From an uncultured delta proteobacterium (GTDB lineage: Bacteria; Desulfobacterota; Desulfobacteria; Desulfobacterales; JAHEIW01): 64,000 nt of DNA. The stretch is taken from contig CAVPNL010000006.1 in the NCBI GenBank assembly GCA_963706575.1, forward strand, positions 672,001 through 736,000, in the 5' to 3' direction. Numbering within the stretch: position 1 is the first letter of the stretch; the number at the start of each line of letters is the position of its first letter. The notes beneath the pieces were generated by a model that was given only the letters and a program-made list of their open reading frames with translations, was not told where the DNA came from and made no database searches. A program made the translations under genes and the position numbers. Shown here one piece after another: positions 1 to 9,862 of this stretch.

Positions 1-664
1 CTACGGCAAAAACGGCCTTGAAGCTGCCAGGAAAGAACTGATTGCCCACGGCATGAAGCTGGTGGCCGAAGTGCCGGTGGAACTCAAAGATCAGGATATG
101 AAACCCCATGTCATGAAGCTGCGCCAGTCCGAGGCGGACATGGTCCTGTTGTGGGTGGGTCCGGTTCATGCGGTTAGAATCATCGGCACCGGCAAAGCCA
201 TGAAATTTACACCGCAGTTTATGAGCACCAGCACCTGCTCGGATTTCCCGCTGTTGATGCACATCAGCAAAGGCCTGTTCCAGGGTGTGATTGCGACCGC
301 CTTCGGTGAAACGCCGGATTCCACTTTGCCGCTGCTGCAGAAATACAAAAAAGATGTCCACGGTCAATTCGCTGCCAAGGGCGAGCGCTGGGGGATGTTT
401 TATTATGCCGGTATTCTTTTTGTGGAGCCGCTGATTGAAGGTCTCAAAAGAGCCGGACGCAATTTGACCCGCGAAGGCCTGGTAACCGCCATGGAGTCCA
501 TAAGAGGATTCAAAGGAATCGGCGGCGAAATCAGCTATGATATTTTTAACCCCAGAAACGGCTACGGGACCCGCGGAGGGATGAAAGAAATCTATATCGT
601 TCAATGCATGGAAGGCGGCAAGGCCAAGAAATTAAGCGACTGGATGAAAATCCAATATCCTTAA
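1..664 (+). CDS. Branched-chain amino acid-type ABC transporter substrate-binding protein, 5'-truncated by the window edge
   Basis: Reading frame is open from the window start. C-terminal EGLKRAGRNLTRE...AME pattern is typical of LivJ/K-like periplasmic proteins. Lies directly upstream of two Liv-type ATPases. Confidence 0.8.
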   Translation, partial: YGKNGLEAARKELIAHGMKLVAEVPVELKDQDMKPHVMKLRQSEADMVLLWVGPVHAVRIIGTGKAMKFTPQFMSTSTCSDFPLLMHISKGLFQGVIATAFGETPDSTLPLLQKYKKDVHGQFAAKGERWGMFYYAGILFVEPLIEGLKRAGRNLTREGLVTAMESIRGFKGIGGEISYDIFNPRNGYGTRGGMKEIYIVQCMEGGKAKKLSDWMKIQYP

Positions 665-682
665 TTCGTTTCCATCCGAAAA

Positions 683-773
683 CTCCCTCTCCCTTGATGG
701 AGAGGGTTGGGGTGAGGGTGTAACCTCTCGATTTTACACCCCCTCACCTGGCCTCTCCCCCTTCAAGGGGGAC
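683..773. repeat. Intergenic palindromic (REP-like) element
   Basis: CTCCCTCTCCC...GGGGTGAGGGTG and CACCCCCTCACC...CCTCTCCCCC form imperfect inverted repeats between genes. Confidence 0.55.
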
Positions 774-805
774 AGGTAATAAAAGGATACTTGCGAACAG
801 CTACC

Positions 806-1576
806 ATGGCTTTTTTTGAGATTCAAAATCTGGCGATCTCCTTCGGGGGGCTTACGGCCCTGCAGGATATTTCTTTTGAAGTCAACCGCGGCGAGATTTA
901 TGCCATCATCGGTCCCAACGGGGCCGGCAAGACCACCCTGTTTAACTGTGTTAACGGCATCTATAAGGCCGATGAGGGGGAGATTCGGTTCAAGGACCGC
1001 CCCATCAACGGGCTAAAGCCGGATCACGTCGCCAGACTGGGTATCGCCCGCACCTTTCAAAACATCGAGCTTTTCAACCACATGAACACCATGGAAAACA
1101 TCATGCTCGGCCGCCACCTGCATATGCAAACCGGGCTTTTTAGAGGCATCGCCATGTGGGGCAAGCGCTCTTTTGCGGGCAAAGAAGAAATTGAACACCG
1201 ACAGAAAGTTGAGGAAATCATAGATTTTCTGGATTTGCAGGCAGCGCGCAATCAACTGGTGGGGGGGCTGCCGTACGGTGTTCAGAAGCAAATCGAGCTG
1301 GGCAGGGCCCTGGCGCTGGAACCCGAGCTGTTATTGCTGGATGAGCCCTGCGCCGGCATGAACGCCGAAGAAAAGCAGGATATGATTTTCTGGGTCAAAG
1401 ATATCCAGGATGAACTGGGGATTACGATTTTGCTGATCGAGCATGATATGACCATGGTGATGGATATCTCCGACCGCATTCTGGCCATTAACTTCGGCCG
1501 CATGATTACCGAGGGAACGGCCGAGGAGGTGCAGACGCATCCGGAGGTGCTCAAAGCCTACTTGGGAGAGGAATGA
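806..1576 (+). CDS. livG: Liv-type ABC transporter ATP-binding protein
   Basis: Walker A GPNGAGKTT, ARTFQN, LPYG signature variant, LLLLDEP, IEHDM, C-terminal V.KAYLG. Start moved to ATG 806. Confidence 0.9.
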   Translation: MAFFEIQNLAISFGGLTALQDISFEVNRGEIYAIIGPNGAGKTTLFNCVNGIYKADEGEIRFKDRPINGLKPDHVARLGIARTFQNIELFNHMNTMENIMLGRHLHMQTGLFRGIAMWGKRSFAGKEEIEHRQKVEEIIDFLDLQAARNQLVGGLPYGVQKQIELGRALALEPELLLLDEPCAGMNAEEKQDMIFWVKDIQDELGITILLIEHDMTMVMDISDRILAINFGRMITEGTAEEVQTHPEVLKAYLGEE

Positions 1577-1577
1577 C

Positions 1578-1668
1578 GATTGCGGATTGCAGATTTCGGA
1601 TTGCGGATTTCTAATGCCAGATATTTTTGATATTTCAATCTGCAATCCGCAATCAAAAATCCGCAATT
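1578..1668. repeat. Heptamer-based inverted repeat (GATTGCG/GATTTCG)n...(CGCAATC)n
   Basis: Related copies at ~4759-4792, ~41898-41988 and ~42657-42746, all intergenic. Confidence 0.75.
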
Positions 1669-1763
1669 AATTTTGCTCCAATACTCCGGTAAGTTGTGTG
1701 CACTCTATATGTTTTTTAGCAGAATCCAAATTTATAAACCAAGATGAAAGTTAGAACGAGCTC

Positions 1764-2540
1764 ATGACGGCGCTGCTGGAAATAAAGAATATCGAGACCT
1801 ATTATGATCTGATTTATGCCATCCGGGGCACGTCGTTGAGCGTTGAGGAAGGGACGATCACGGCTATCCTGGGTACCAACGGGGCCGGGAAATCAACCAT
1901 TCTCAAAACGGTCATGGGGCTGATTTACGATCAGCCGGACAAAGGCACCATTGAATTTAAAGGGCAGCGTATTGACGGCCAGGATACCGAAAAGATCGTG
2001 CGCCTGGGCATCTCTTATGTTCCTGAAGGGCGGGAAGTTTTTGAAGAGCTCAGTGTCAGGGAAAATTTGCTGATGGGAGCCTATACCCGCAAAGACCGCC
2101 ACCACATCGCCAAAGACTTTGATCGCGTTTACGGCTACTTTCCGGTCCTCAAAGAACGGCACAACCAGTGGGCCGGCACCCTGTCCGGCGGCGAGCAGCA
2201 GATGCTGGCCATCGGCAGGGCCCTGATGAGCCGGCCCCAGCTGCTTTTTTTAGATGAGCCTTCGCTGGGGCTTTCGCCCATTCTGGTAAAAGAAATTTTT
2301 GAAATCATCAAAACGATTCATGCAGAGGGAGTGACCATTTTGCTTGTCGAGCAAAATGCCCGCATGGCGCTATCCATCGCCGATGTTGGACTGATCATCG
2401 AAAACGGACGGTTTGTGATGAAGGGCAAGGCCAAAGAATTGATGGAAGATAAAGATGTTAAGGAGTTTTATATGGGGGTGCGGTCGGAGGCGTCGGTGAA
2501 GGGGTATCAGAGATGGAAGCGAAAGAAAGCCTGGCGATAA
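1764..2540 (+). CDS. livF: Liv-type ABC transporter ATP-binding protein
   Basis: GTNGAGKST, VPEGREVF, LSGGEQQMLAIGRALM, LDEPSLGL, VEQNA. Confidence 0.9.
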   Translation: MTALLEIKNIETYYDLIYAIRGTSLSVEEGTITAILGTNGAGKSTILKTVMGLIYDQPDKGTIEFKGQRIDGQDTEKIVRLGISYVPEGREVFEELSVRENLLMGAYTRKDRHHIAKDFDRVYGYFPVLKERHNQWAGTLSGGEQQMLAIGRALMSRPQLLFLDEPSLGLSPILVKEIFEIIKTIHAEGVTILLVEQNARMALSIADVGLIIENGRFVMKGKAKELMEDKDVKEFYMGVRSEASVKGYQRWKRKKAWR

Positions 2541-2618
2541 AATTGGTTTTCAACCAATTTTATATTTTGTTTTTTACGTTTGATAAAATCATAAAAAGTC
2601 AATTTTTTCTGTTTTCCT

Positions 2619-2688
2619 GTCATTCCGGTGAAAGCCGGAATCCAGTAAATTCGAAATGTTCTGGATGCCGGATCAAGTCCGGCATGAC
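2619..2688. repeat. REP-like double-hairpin repeat GTCATTCC...GGAATCCAG-N-CTGGAT...GGCATGAC
   Basis: Related copies at 6973-7051, 31724-31788 and 37524-37595, all intergenic. Confidence 0.8.
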
Positions 2689-2819
2689 GATTTCGAGGAA
2701 TTTTTCTGGAACCATCAATCGCGGCAAGATGCCGCTCCCACAGCACATTTATTAATTTATCTTTCAGACGATGTAATTTCGCCTGTTAAACAAAATGAAT
2801 ATCGAATATCGAATCACAG

Positions 2820-2877
2820 AAGTAGGGTCGGCCTCCGTGCCGACCTCTGACCGGCGGGCGCAGAGGCCCGCCCTACT
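2820..2877. repeat. GTAGGG...CCCTAC-bounded REP-like repeat
   Basis: Second copy at ~11948-12035 shares AGTAGGGTCG and GGCGGGC.CAGAGGCCCGCCCTAC. Confidence 0.7.
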
Positions 2878-2931
2878 TCGATATTCTGCGGTTCTGCGGT
2901 TCAAGAAGTAAACGTTTCGAAAGTTAAAGCG

Positions 2932-4737
2932 ATGACCAAAAATACCAACGAGACCGTTCCCACCAGATTTCTAAAAGCGGTGGAAAAGTGGGGCGACCGC
3001 GTGGCCTTGCGCAAAAAAGAGTATGGCCTCTGGCACGACATATCCTGGCACGATTACTACGATCAGGTCAGATCCGTTGCCTGTGCCCTGATGTCAATGG
3101 GCCTCGAAAAGGGTGACACCGCGGCGATTATTGGCGACAACTGCCCCGAGTGGGTTTTTGCCAACCTGGGGATTCAATGCTGCGGGGCAGCCACCACCGG
3201 AGTATATGCTACCAATGCCTGGCAGCAGGTGGAATATGTCGTTAAAAATTCAGATGCCAAATTCTTTTTTGTTGAAAATGAAGAACAGCTGGACAAGTGG
3301 CTACGTTTTAAAGGCAATGTGCCGAATTTAAAGAAGGTGATCGTATGGGACACCGAAGGGCTGCGGCAATTCAAAGATCCTGTGGTCATGACGTTTGAGG
3401 AGCTGGTTGAAAGCGGCAGCAAGGTGGCTGCTGACAATCCAGAGATGTTTACAAAGCGTGTTGCCGAAGTCGAACCGGATGACGTCTCGGTCCTGGTCTA
3501 TACCTCGGGAACTACCGGTCCGCCCAAGGGCGCCATGCTGTCGCATGGCAACTGCCTGTGGATGGGGCATGCCATCACCACGGACAATCCCATGACCACC
3601 AAAGACGAGATCATGTCTTTTTTGCCGCTGTGCCATATATTTGAACAACTGTTTACCGTGCTGGGCCATATTACCTGCGGGCATGTCGTCAATTTTGTCG
3701 AAAGCATGGATACGGTGGCTGAAAACATGATGGAAATATCCCCCACGGTGGGGTACGCTGTTCCGCGAATCTGGGAAAAATATTTTTCGGTCATCCAGAT
3801 CCGCATGTCTGATGCCACCTGGTTTAAACGAATTATCTTCTATTTGGCTTTTAAAATCGGAAAGAAACGCGCTATTTTGAAGATGAATTTTAAAGCCGTA
3901 CCGTTTTATTTGGAAATGCTCTACCAGCTGGCCTATTTCGCAGTTTTTCGTAAACTAAAGCAGCGTATGGGCTTTGATCGTATACGTGTGGCTGTATCAA
4001 GCGCGGCTCCCATTGCCCCGGAAATTTTACAATTTTATCAATCCATCGGTGTGAATCTGGTCGAGGCCTACGGTCAGACCGAAGCTACTGGTGCGGTCAC
4101 GATTTCCAGGCTTGAACGCGTTAAGTTTGGCGCCGTTGGTCAGCCGCTGACCGGAATAGAAATAAAAATTGCGGATGACGGCGAGATCCTGGTGAAGTCA
4201 CCGGGGATTTTCAAAGGCTATTTCAAGAATCCGGAAGCGACCGCCGCTACGATCGTAGATGGCTGGCTGCATTCAGGCGATGTGGGTGAATTCGATGAAG
4301 ATGGGTTTTTGAAGATCACCGATCGCAAAAAAGATATCATCGTTACCGCCGGCGGCAAAAATATCACCCCCCAGTATATTGAAAACAAACTCAAGGCCAG
4401 CGTCTATATCAATGACGCCGTTGTCATCGGCGACCGGCGAAAATATTTAACCTGTTTGATCATGATCGATGAAGACAGTGTCGTAAAATATGCACAGGAT
4501 CACAAAATTCAGTTTTCAACATACAAGGATCTGACTCTGCATGAGGATATTCGAAAGCTGATCCAGAATGAAGTTCGAACGGTGAACGAAACTCTGGCAA
4601 GGGTTGAACAGATCAAAAAGTTTTGTATCCTGCCCAAAAAGCTCTACGAGGAAGACGGAGAAGTCACCCCCACCATGAAGGTCAAGCGCAAGTTCGTCAA
4701 TGAGGCCTTTTGTGAACTTATCGACAGCATGTATTGA
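2932..4737 (+). CDS. Long-chain fatty acid--CoA ligase (AMP-binding family)
   Basis: YTSGTTGPPKG AMP-binding motif, YGQTE, GWLHSGD, DRKKD, C-terminal TPTMKVKR. Confidence 0.9.
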   Translation: MTKNTNETVPTRFLKAVEKWGDRVALRKKEYGLWHDISWHDYYDQVRSVACALMSMGLEKGDTAAIIGDNCPEWVFANLGIQCCGAATTGVYATNAWQQVEYVVKNSDAKFFFVENEEQLDKWLRFKGNVPNLKKVIVWDTEGLRQFKDPVVMTFEELVESGSKVAADNPEMFTKRVAEVEPDDVSVLVYTSGTTGPPKGAMLSHGNCLWMGHAITTDNPMTTKDEIMSFLPLCHIFEQLFTVLGHITCGHVVNFVESMDTVAENMMEISPTVGYAVPRIWEKYFSVIQIRMSDATWFKRIIFYLAFKIGKKRAILKMNFKAVPFYLEMLYQLAYFAVFRKLKQRMGFDRIRVAVSSAAPIAPEILQFYQSIGVNLVEAYGQTEATGAVTISRLERVKFGAVGQPLTGIEIKIADDGEILVKSPGIFKGYFKNPEATAATIVDGWLHSGDVGEFDEDGFLKITDRKKDIIVTAGGKNITPQYIENKLKASVYINDAVVIGDRRKYLTCLIMIDEDSVVKYAQDHKIQFSTYKDLTLHEDIRKLIQNEVRTVNETLARVEQIKKFCILPKKLYEEDGEVTPTMKVKRKFVNEAFCELIDSMY

Positions 4738-5001
4738 TGTCAGAGGACAGATCCAGGTGATTGCGGATTTCAGATTGCGGATTGCGGAATTTTAATAGCC
4801 ACGGACCCGTCTTCGCTCTGGCAAGTTACGCCTCGGCACGCCCACACAGACACACACAGGTGATCTATAAAAAATATCCGCAGATTACGCAGATTACACA
4901 GATTATAAAAATAAGTTATGTAAAATTCGCCACCCCAATGGAATCCTCCTAAAGGCAACCCCTCCTGTAGCTGCCAGAAGCCAGTGACCGGAAGCCCGTG
5001 G

Positions 5002-5655
5002 TTATCTTGATGAAAGTTTAAATGTATTCATAACACCGTGGCAGCTGCAGGCGGTACTGAGTATTATCGGCTTTTGAGCGGCCTCAATTTCATTTAAGGC
5101 TGCAAACAAGGTTTGGGGGGTATACCCACCCACCCCGGGTGCCAGTTGATGGCTTCGAATCACAATGGTTTTTAGGTCTTTTCGCTGAATTGATTTCAGA
5201 AATTCATGCAGGACCATTAACCGCGGTTTAGCGGTATGGGTGCAGATTTCATCCGGCTCAGGGCAATTTTCGGGGCATTTAAAATCGGCGATACTGATAT
5301 AAATTTGGCCGGTTTCTGCGTTTATCGGATTGGGAAGTTCAGTGACGAGATCCTGCGGTACGGCGATTTTTTGTACGATGCGGGTCTTTGATAGTTTTGT
5401 TCTGATCCACTCATATGCCGTATGCAAAGGGATGGCGGGTACAATCCAGTCGGGATAAGGCGGGCTCGCCAGGTTGCGTTCAAGGTATTGAATACCGTCC
5501 ATGCAAACCGCCTCAAACCCCAGCCGATCCAACTGTCTGCATACCGTTTTTTCCTTCTCCACAATGGTCAGGTTCGTTAAGGGATGTTTTTTGCTGAGTA
5601 CTCTGGCGGCCCTGAGGCCAAATTTACCGCCACCGATGATCCAAAAGTTGTCCAC
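5002..5655 (-). CDS. Rossmann-fold (TrkA-N-like NAD-binding) protein with Cys-rich C-terminus
   Basis: N-terminal IIGGGKFG...IVE. Cys motifs CPENCPEPDEICT and TACSCHG. Confidence 0.6.
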   Translation of the reverse strand: MDNFWIIGGGKFGLRAARVLSKKHPLTNLTIVEKEKTVCRQLDRLGFEAVCMDGIQYLERNLASPPYPDWIVPAIPLHTAYEWIRTKLSKTRIVQKIAVPQDLVTELPNPINAETGQIYISIADFKCPENCPEPDEICTHTAKPRLMVLHEFLKSIQRKDLKTIVIRSHQLAPGVGGYTPQTLFAALNEIEAAQKPIILSTACSCHGVMNTFKLSSR

Positions 5656-5903
5656 GGCTGATTGTCCATAGCGGTTGTCAATATGTTCTATATGCCGGAT
5701 TTGCTAACAAGCGAAATGGTAGTTTGTAACGGCTTAAAATTATTAACGCATGACAACCGCTATATTATTATTTTTAACAAACAAGGTTATGAAGAAAAAT
5801 TACTAGAGCGTTTGGACCAAGTTACATTATACGTTCTGAATAACCCAATAAAGACTCAGAAAACTGCCTATATCGGAATAGTATTATGCCAAACGCTCTA
5901 TTT

Positions 5904-6626
5904 TCAAGAACCGGTGCTTTGCTTTTTAAGCATGGCGATCGGTTTTGCCATATCCAGAATATGGTTGTGAATCATTTCCAACTGATCCCCGGGTGCACCC
6001 AGCATCAGATCACATGGATCCACCGATGATTTTAGTCTGCAACCCAAACCCAAAAACGTAATGTTAGAAATCCCTTCAAGAAGGGGCAGGGCCGTAATAT
6101 CGGCACAGCCACCCAATGCGCCGCCGGATTGAGGAAGATCCATGCGCCCGCCCTTTTCATAATTCAAGGCGTAAAGCAGCCACATGACCTGCTCACTGTT
6201 GGCGGTAAATATCAAAACCTGCGGTGTTTGTTTGAAATATGACAGCGGCGCGATCAGAGCGGCCCGGGTTTTGCCTTTTTCCAGGTACGATGATTTGAGA
6301 ATCGTTTCAGCAGAAGCCTCTTCTGTTTCAAAGAGGCCCACACCGTACTTTTCTAAAACGCCATCATCCAGGAAGGCTTCCATGTCTTTTTCAAAACCCA
6401 AAACGGATGTTCCCAGTTTGCAGCCCATTTGCTCTTTTTTCAGAAGCAAGACCTCACCCTCACCGGCGGCGACCAGCGCATGGCAATAGCTTTTGTATTC
6501 TTTTTGCGTGAAGGGCACCTCGGTCGGCAACGGGTCTGTTTCCTGGTAAAGCAATACGCCAACCGGCTCATATTGAAGGGACAGGCTTTTAACCAGGTCT
6601 TGAGAAATGGTTCGAAAATCGTTCAT
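5904..6626 (-). CDS. DUF169-like protein
   Basis: PVGV, YCHAL, MGCKLG, PQVLIF, GGCAD and GLGCR match the conserved Cys pattern I recognise for DUF169. Confidence 0.7.
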   Translation of the reverse strand: MNDFRTISQDLVKSLSLQYEPVGVLLYQETDPLPTEVPFTQKEYKSYCHALVAAGEGEVLLLKKEQMGCKLGTSVLGFEKDMEAFLDDGVLEKYGVGLFETEEASAETILKSSYLEKGKTRAALIAPLSYFKQTPQVLIFTANSEQVMWLLYALNYEKGGRMDLPQSGGALGGCADITALPLLEGISNITFLGLGCRLKSSVDPCDLMLGAPGDQLEMIHNHILDMAKPIAMLKKQSTGS

Positions 6627-6681
6627 GTCATCTGCCTCATCATTTAGATTTTAATGAATTCGTAAAATGCTGAATTCGTCA

Positions 6682-6778
6682 AGTGTTTGGTGTTTCGTAT
6701 TTTGTGTTTCGTATAGCGTATATGACTATTTATCAATTTGATACAATTCTAAACACTAAACACCAAATACTAAACACT
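6682..6778. repeat. Heptamer-based inverted repeat (GTGTTTG/GTGTTTA)n...(AAACACT/AAACACC)n
   Basis: Related copies at ~48762-48865 and ~51602-51687. Confidence 0.75.
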
Positions 6779-7133
6779 CTCGTAGCAAAAAAGCCGGTAA
6801 CAGACAACCGCCTTCTGCTGTCAAACTTGACACAAAATCATGAAACGAATATTAATTATAGCAATTGTCATAAATATGACAAACACTCTATCTGAGCGGT
6901 CCGGAAGTTTTACCGTCATGCCCGCCTTCCAGACTGTCTCGTAATAATCAAGCGAGAAAAATGAGCCTTTTTGTCATTCCGGGCTTGACCCGGAATCCAG
7001 TGTTTTTTGAAAGTGTTACAGTGCTGGATGCCGGATCAAGTCCGGCATGACAGGCAGAATTTTAGCGCTATTTTGAATTACGACACAGTCTACTTTGCGG
7101 GATCTCATGTTTATACTGGAGTTTACTACGAAT

Positions 7134-7661
7134 ATGAATCGCAAAGGCTTACTGCTAATTTATACAGGCGAAGGCAAGGGAAAGACCACCGCGGCTTTAG
7201 GATTGGCGCTCAGAGCGGCCGGGCAGGGGCTGAACGTGCTTATTCTGCAGTTTATGAAACGCAATAAAAAAATTGGTGAATTCAAAGCGTTGGTCAAGGC
7301 CGGACTCCCCATCACCATGCGACAGTATGGACGGCGGGTTTTTTTCCGTACGAGGACCTGCGAGCCTATGGATATTTATCGGGCGCATCAGGGCCTTGAG
7401 GCTTTCAAAATAGCGATGAAAGACAATGCCTACGATCTCATCGTTCTGGATGAGATCAATATGGCGGTTCATTACGGTTTATTGAGTATTGCAGAAGTCG
7501 TCGCCGCAATTGAGCAAAAGCCCCCGGAACTGCATCTGGTGCTGACCGGCCGGAATGCGAATCAAAAGCTAATTGATATGGCCAACCTCGTAACTGAAAT
7601 GCGCGAAATAAAGCATCCTTACCACCAGGGGGTCTATGCCCAACGCGGAATCGAATTTTAG
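7134..7661 (+). CDS. cobO: Cob(I)alamin adenosyltransferase, CobO/BtuR family (copy 1)
   Basis: YTGEGKGKTTAALGLALRA, QFMK, LDEI, LTGR, LVTEM..IKHPY..G...GIEF. GGAG upstream of ATG 7134. Confidence 0.9.
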   Translation: MNRKGLLLIYTGEGKGKTTAALGLALRAAGQGLNVLILQFMKRNKKIGEFKALVKAGLPITMRQYGRRVFFRTRTCEPMDIYRAHQGLEAFKIAMKDNAYDLIVLDEINMAVHYGLLSIAEVVAAIEQKPPELHLVLTGRNANQKLIDMANLVTEMREIKHPYHQGVYAQRGIEF

Positions 7662-7739
7662 AAGCGTTCTGTTGGGCTTATCCGTCATTTTATGGATGTA
7701 ATAAAATGCCTCTTGAAAATTTAAGGAGTACAGAAACCA

Positions 7740-8501
7740 ATGGGTACTTTAGGAATTTTAACCTGTGAGATTCTGGAACTGGAATTTGCCAGGCTTTTGG
7801 CTGCGGACAAAGAAGTGAACCGCATTACGGTTCTTGAAGATGAACGCTCTGCTAACTTTATTGCAGCGCTTGAATCCATAAAAAAAGACAACTTAAAACG
7901 AATCACCAGCTTCAAGGCATTTACCCCTGCCGCCGAAAGCCCGCTGGAAGTCCTGGTTGGTGTTTTGGAGTTGGCTTTGCACAATCGCAAACACACCCTT
8001 CAACAGGGTTTAATTGAGGCCGCAGCTACAATTGGGCCCCATGTAGATGCCCTGATGCTCGGATATGGTTTGTGCGGTAACGCATTGGAAAACCCTCAAG
8101 AACTGCTCTCCGATGCCGGTGTGCCCATTTTTATCCCCATGGATGAGGATCATCCGGTTGATGATTGTATCGGTCTGCTCATCGGCGGGCGCGAACGGTA
8201 TTACGAAGAACAATGTGAGGTAGCGGGCACGTTTTTTATGATACCGGGCTGGACATACCACTGGAAGCGCATGTTTGAGCAGGAGTTTGGCAACCTGAGC
8301 CATGAAATGGCCAAACGGCTATTCAAAAATTACGAACGGTCACTTTTGATTTCGACGCCCATTATGTCCCTTGCAGACATGCAAAAAAATTCAAAAGCCT
8401 TTAATGAGTTGTTCGGTCTGCGTACCGATGTTTGCAACGGCACCCTCAGCATTCTCCAGAAGACCTGGGATACGGCTAAAGCACACTTGAATTCAACTTG
8501 A
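7740..8501 (+). CDS. DUF1638-like protein (accessory of corrinoid methyltransferase loci)
   Basis: LTCEIL, LELALH, LGYGLCGN, DDCIGLLIGG, GTFF..PGW. AAGGAG RBS. Confidence 0.75.
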   Translation: MGTLGILTCEILELEFARLLAADKEVNRITVLEDERSANFIAALESIKKDNLKRITSFKAFTPAAESPLEVLVGVLELALHNRKHTLQQGLIEAAATIGPHVDALMLGYGLCGNALENPQELLSDAGVPIFIPMDEDHPVDDCIGLLIGGRERYYEEQCEVAGTFFMIPGWTYHWKRMFEQEFGNLSHEMAKRLFKNYERSLLISTPIMSLADMQKNSKAFNELFGLRTDVCNGTLSILQKTWDTAKAHLNST

Positions 8502-8803
8502 AGTGGTTTCAAAATCTCAGATCAGGTTCCCCGCTTTAACGCGGGATTGCACGTCTTTATTTTAACAAATTAATGTGTGCATCAAGGGCTAAAAGTGCCT
8601 GAAGTAAACTAAAGCTTGGGCCTCACGCAAAGCCGCAAAAAAACACGCGCGCAAAGACCCGAAGGTTTTTTTATTGTTTAAACTAAAATTCTTTGCGGCT
8701 TAGCGGCTTTGCGTGAACAAGAAATTAAAATGGACAGAATTCCACTTTGCATCGATCGAAAAGACCCCTCTGTAAGCTCCCCCAACGCCTGGCCTCTTGA
8801 TAA

Positions 8804-8844
8804 AACCATCTTTTTTATGTAAAAAAATCAACTATTAGACGATT
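8804..8844. promoter_or_regulatory. Operator-like site: half-site plus palindrome AATCAACT-ATT-AGACGATT
   Basis: Palindrome 8826-8844 with half-site AACCATCT 22 bp upstream. Same architecture at 15222-15262 and 22830-22870. Confidence 0.65.
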
Positions 8845-8904
8845 TTCATATTTCAGACGGTCGTGTAAAAATTTAAAACGATAATTTAATGTCTCGGAAT
8901 TTCT

Positions 8905-9861
8905 ATGCCTGACGAAACCCAAACTAAGCGTTTTATATATCCGACCCAGGGCGTTTGCCCCCCTGAGATTCATTTTAAACTCGATAACGGCATTCTTGAG
9001 GAAATCCGTTTTGTGGGGGGTGGCTGTCCGGGTAACGCTCAGCTGGTGGCGCGTCTTTTAGAAGGAAAGCCGCTGGCAGAGGCCCTGGAATACCTCGTCG
9101 GAATTGATTGCCGCAATGGAACCTCCTGCCCCGCTCAGCTGGCTGCTGCCGTTACCGCCGCTAAAAATGGCAACCTGACGCCCGCCGAATCTTTTCGGGT
9201 TCATGCTGACACTTCCAACAGATGCCGGATCGGCCTTATCAGTTCCATCGAAGGCAATTCCGTTATTTTGCAAAAACTCATGCAACACATGCAAGCCAGT
9301 GGAATAGACGCCTGCTATTGCCTCGGCAGCCTGACGGGGGATTGTGCTCATAACAAAGATTTGATTCAGAATATACGGAAACACAACATTTTTGCGATTC
9401 AGGGGGAAGGCGACTGGTGCTATGCCCAGGGTCAAGAAAAAAAGAACATGCCGCCACTCGAACAAAAGGACAGGGATTGGCTGTTGCGCTTGCCTCAGGT
9501 ACTGAGTTTTCAAATGGAACATAAAAAAGGATTTGTCTTTTTCGGCGATTATATTCAGTCACTTCCTGATTATTCTGACTTTGAACCCTTTGCCCTGGAA
9601 ATGAATATGGTGTGCGGGTTGACCCATTTCATGCAGGATGAAACCGTTTTTCCGGCCCTGGAGGCCATGATACCCCAATTTCGAGCCGATATTATTATTT
9701 TTGGCCAGCTCAAACGCTGGGGTCATTGGCATATTGCCGGCAAGGATTTCATCAGTCTCGGGCCTGCATCGGACGCAAAGGGGCTATCCTGGGGTCAGCT
9801 GGAAGTGGCTGATGAAAAGATCGAATTTAAGATCATGCAGGCTGAATACGAAGGAGGATGA
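8905..9861 (+). CDS. TSCPD-domain (TIGR03905-like) protein fused to a degenerate metallophosphoesterase domain
   Basis: N-terminal GVC...FVGGGCPGN...GIDC...TSCPAQLA. C-terminal part has ISSIEGN, CLGSL and IQGEGD in place of the usual ISDIHGN, CLGDL and GNHD. Confidence 0.7.
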   Translation: MPDETQTKRFIYPTQGVCPPEIHFKLDNGILEEIRFVGGGCPGNAQLVARLLEGKPLAEALEYLVGIDCRNGTSCPAQLAAAVTAAKNGNLTPAESFRVHADTSNRCRIGLISSIEGNSVILQKLMQHMQASGIDACYCLGSLTGDCAHNKDLIQNIRKHNIFAIQGEGDWCYAQGQEKKNMPPLEQKDRDWLLRLPQVLSFQMEHKKGFVFFGDYIQSLPDYSDFEPFALEMNMVCGLTHFMQDETVFPALEAMIPQFRADIIIFGQLKRWGHWHIAGKDFISLGPASDAKGLSWGQLEVADEKIEFKIMQAEYEGG

Positions 9862-9862
9862 T

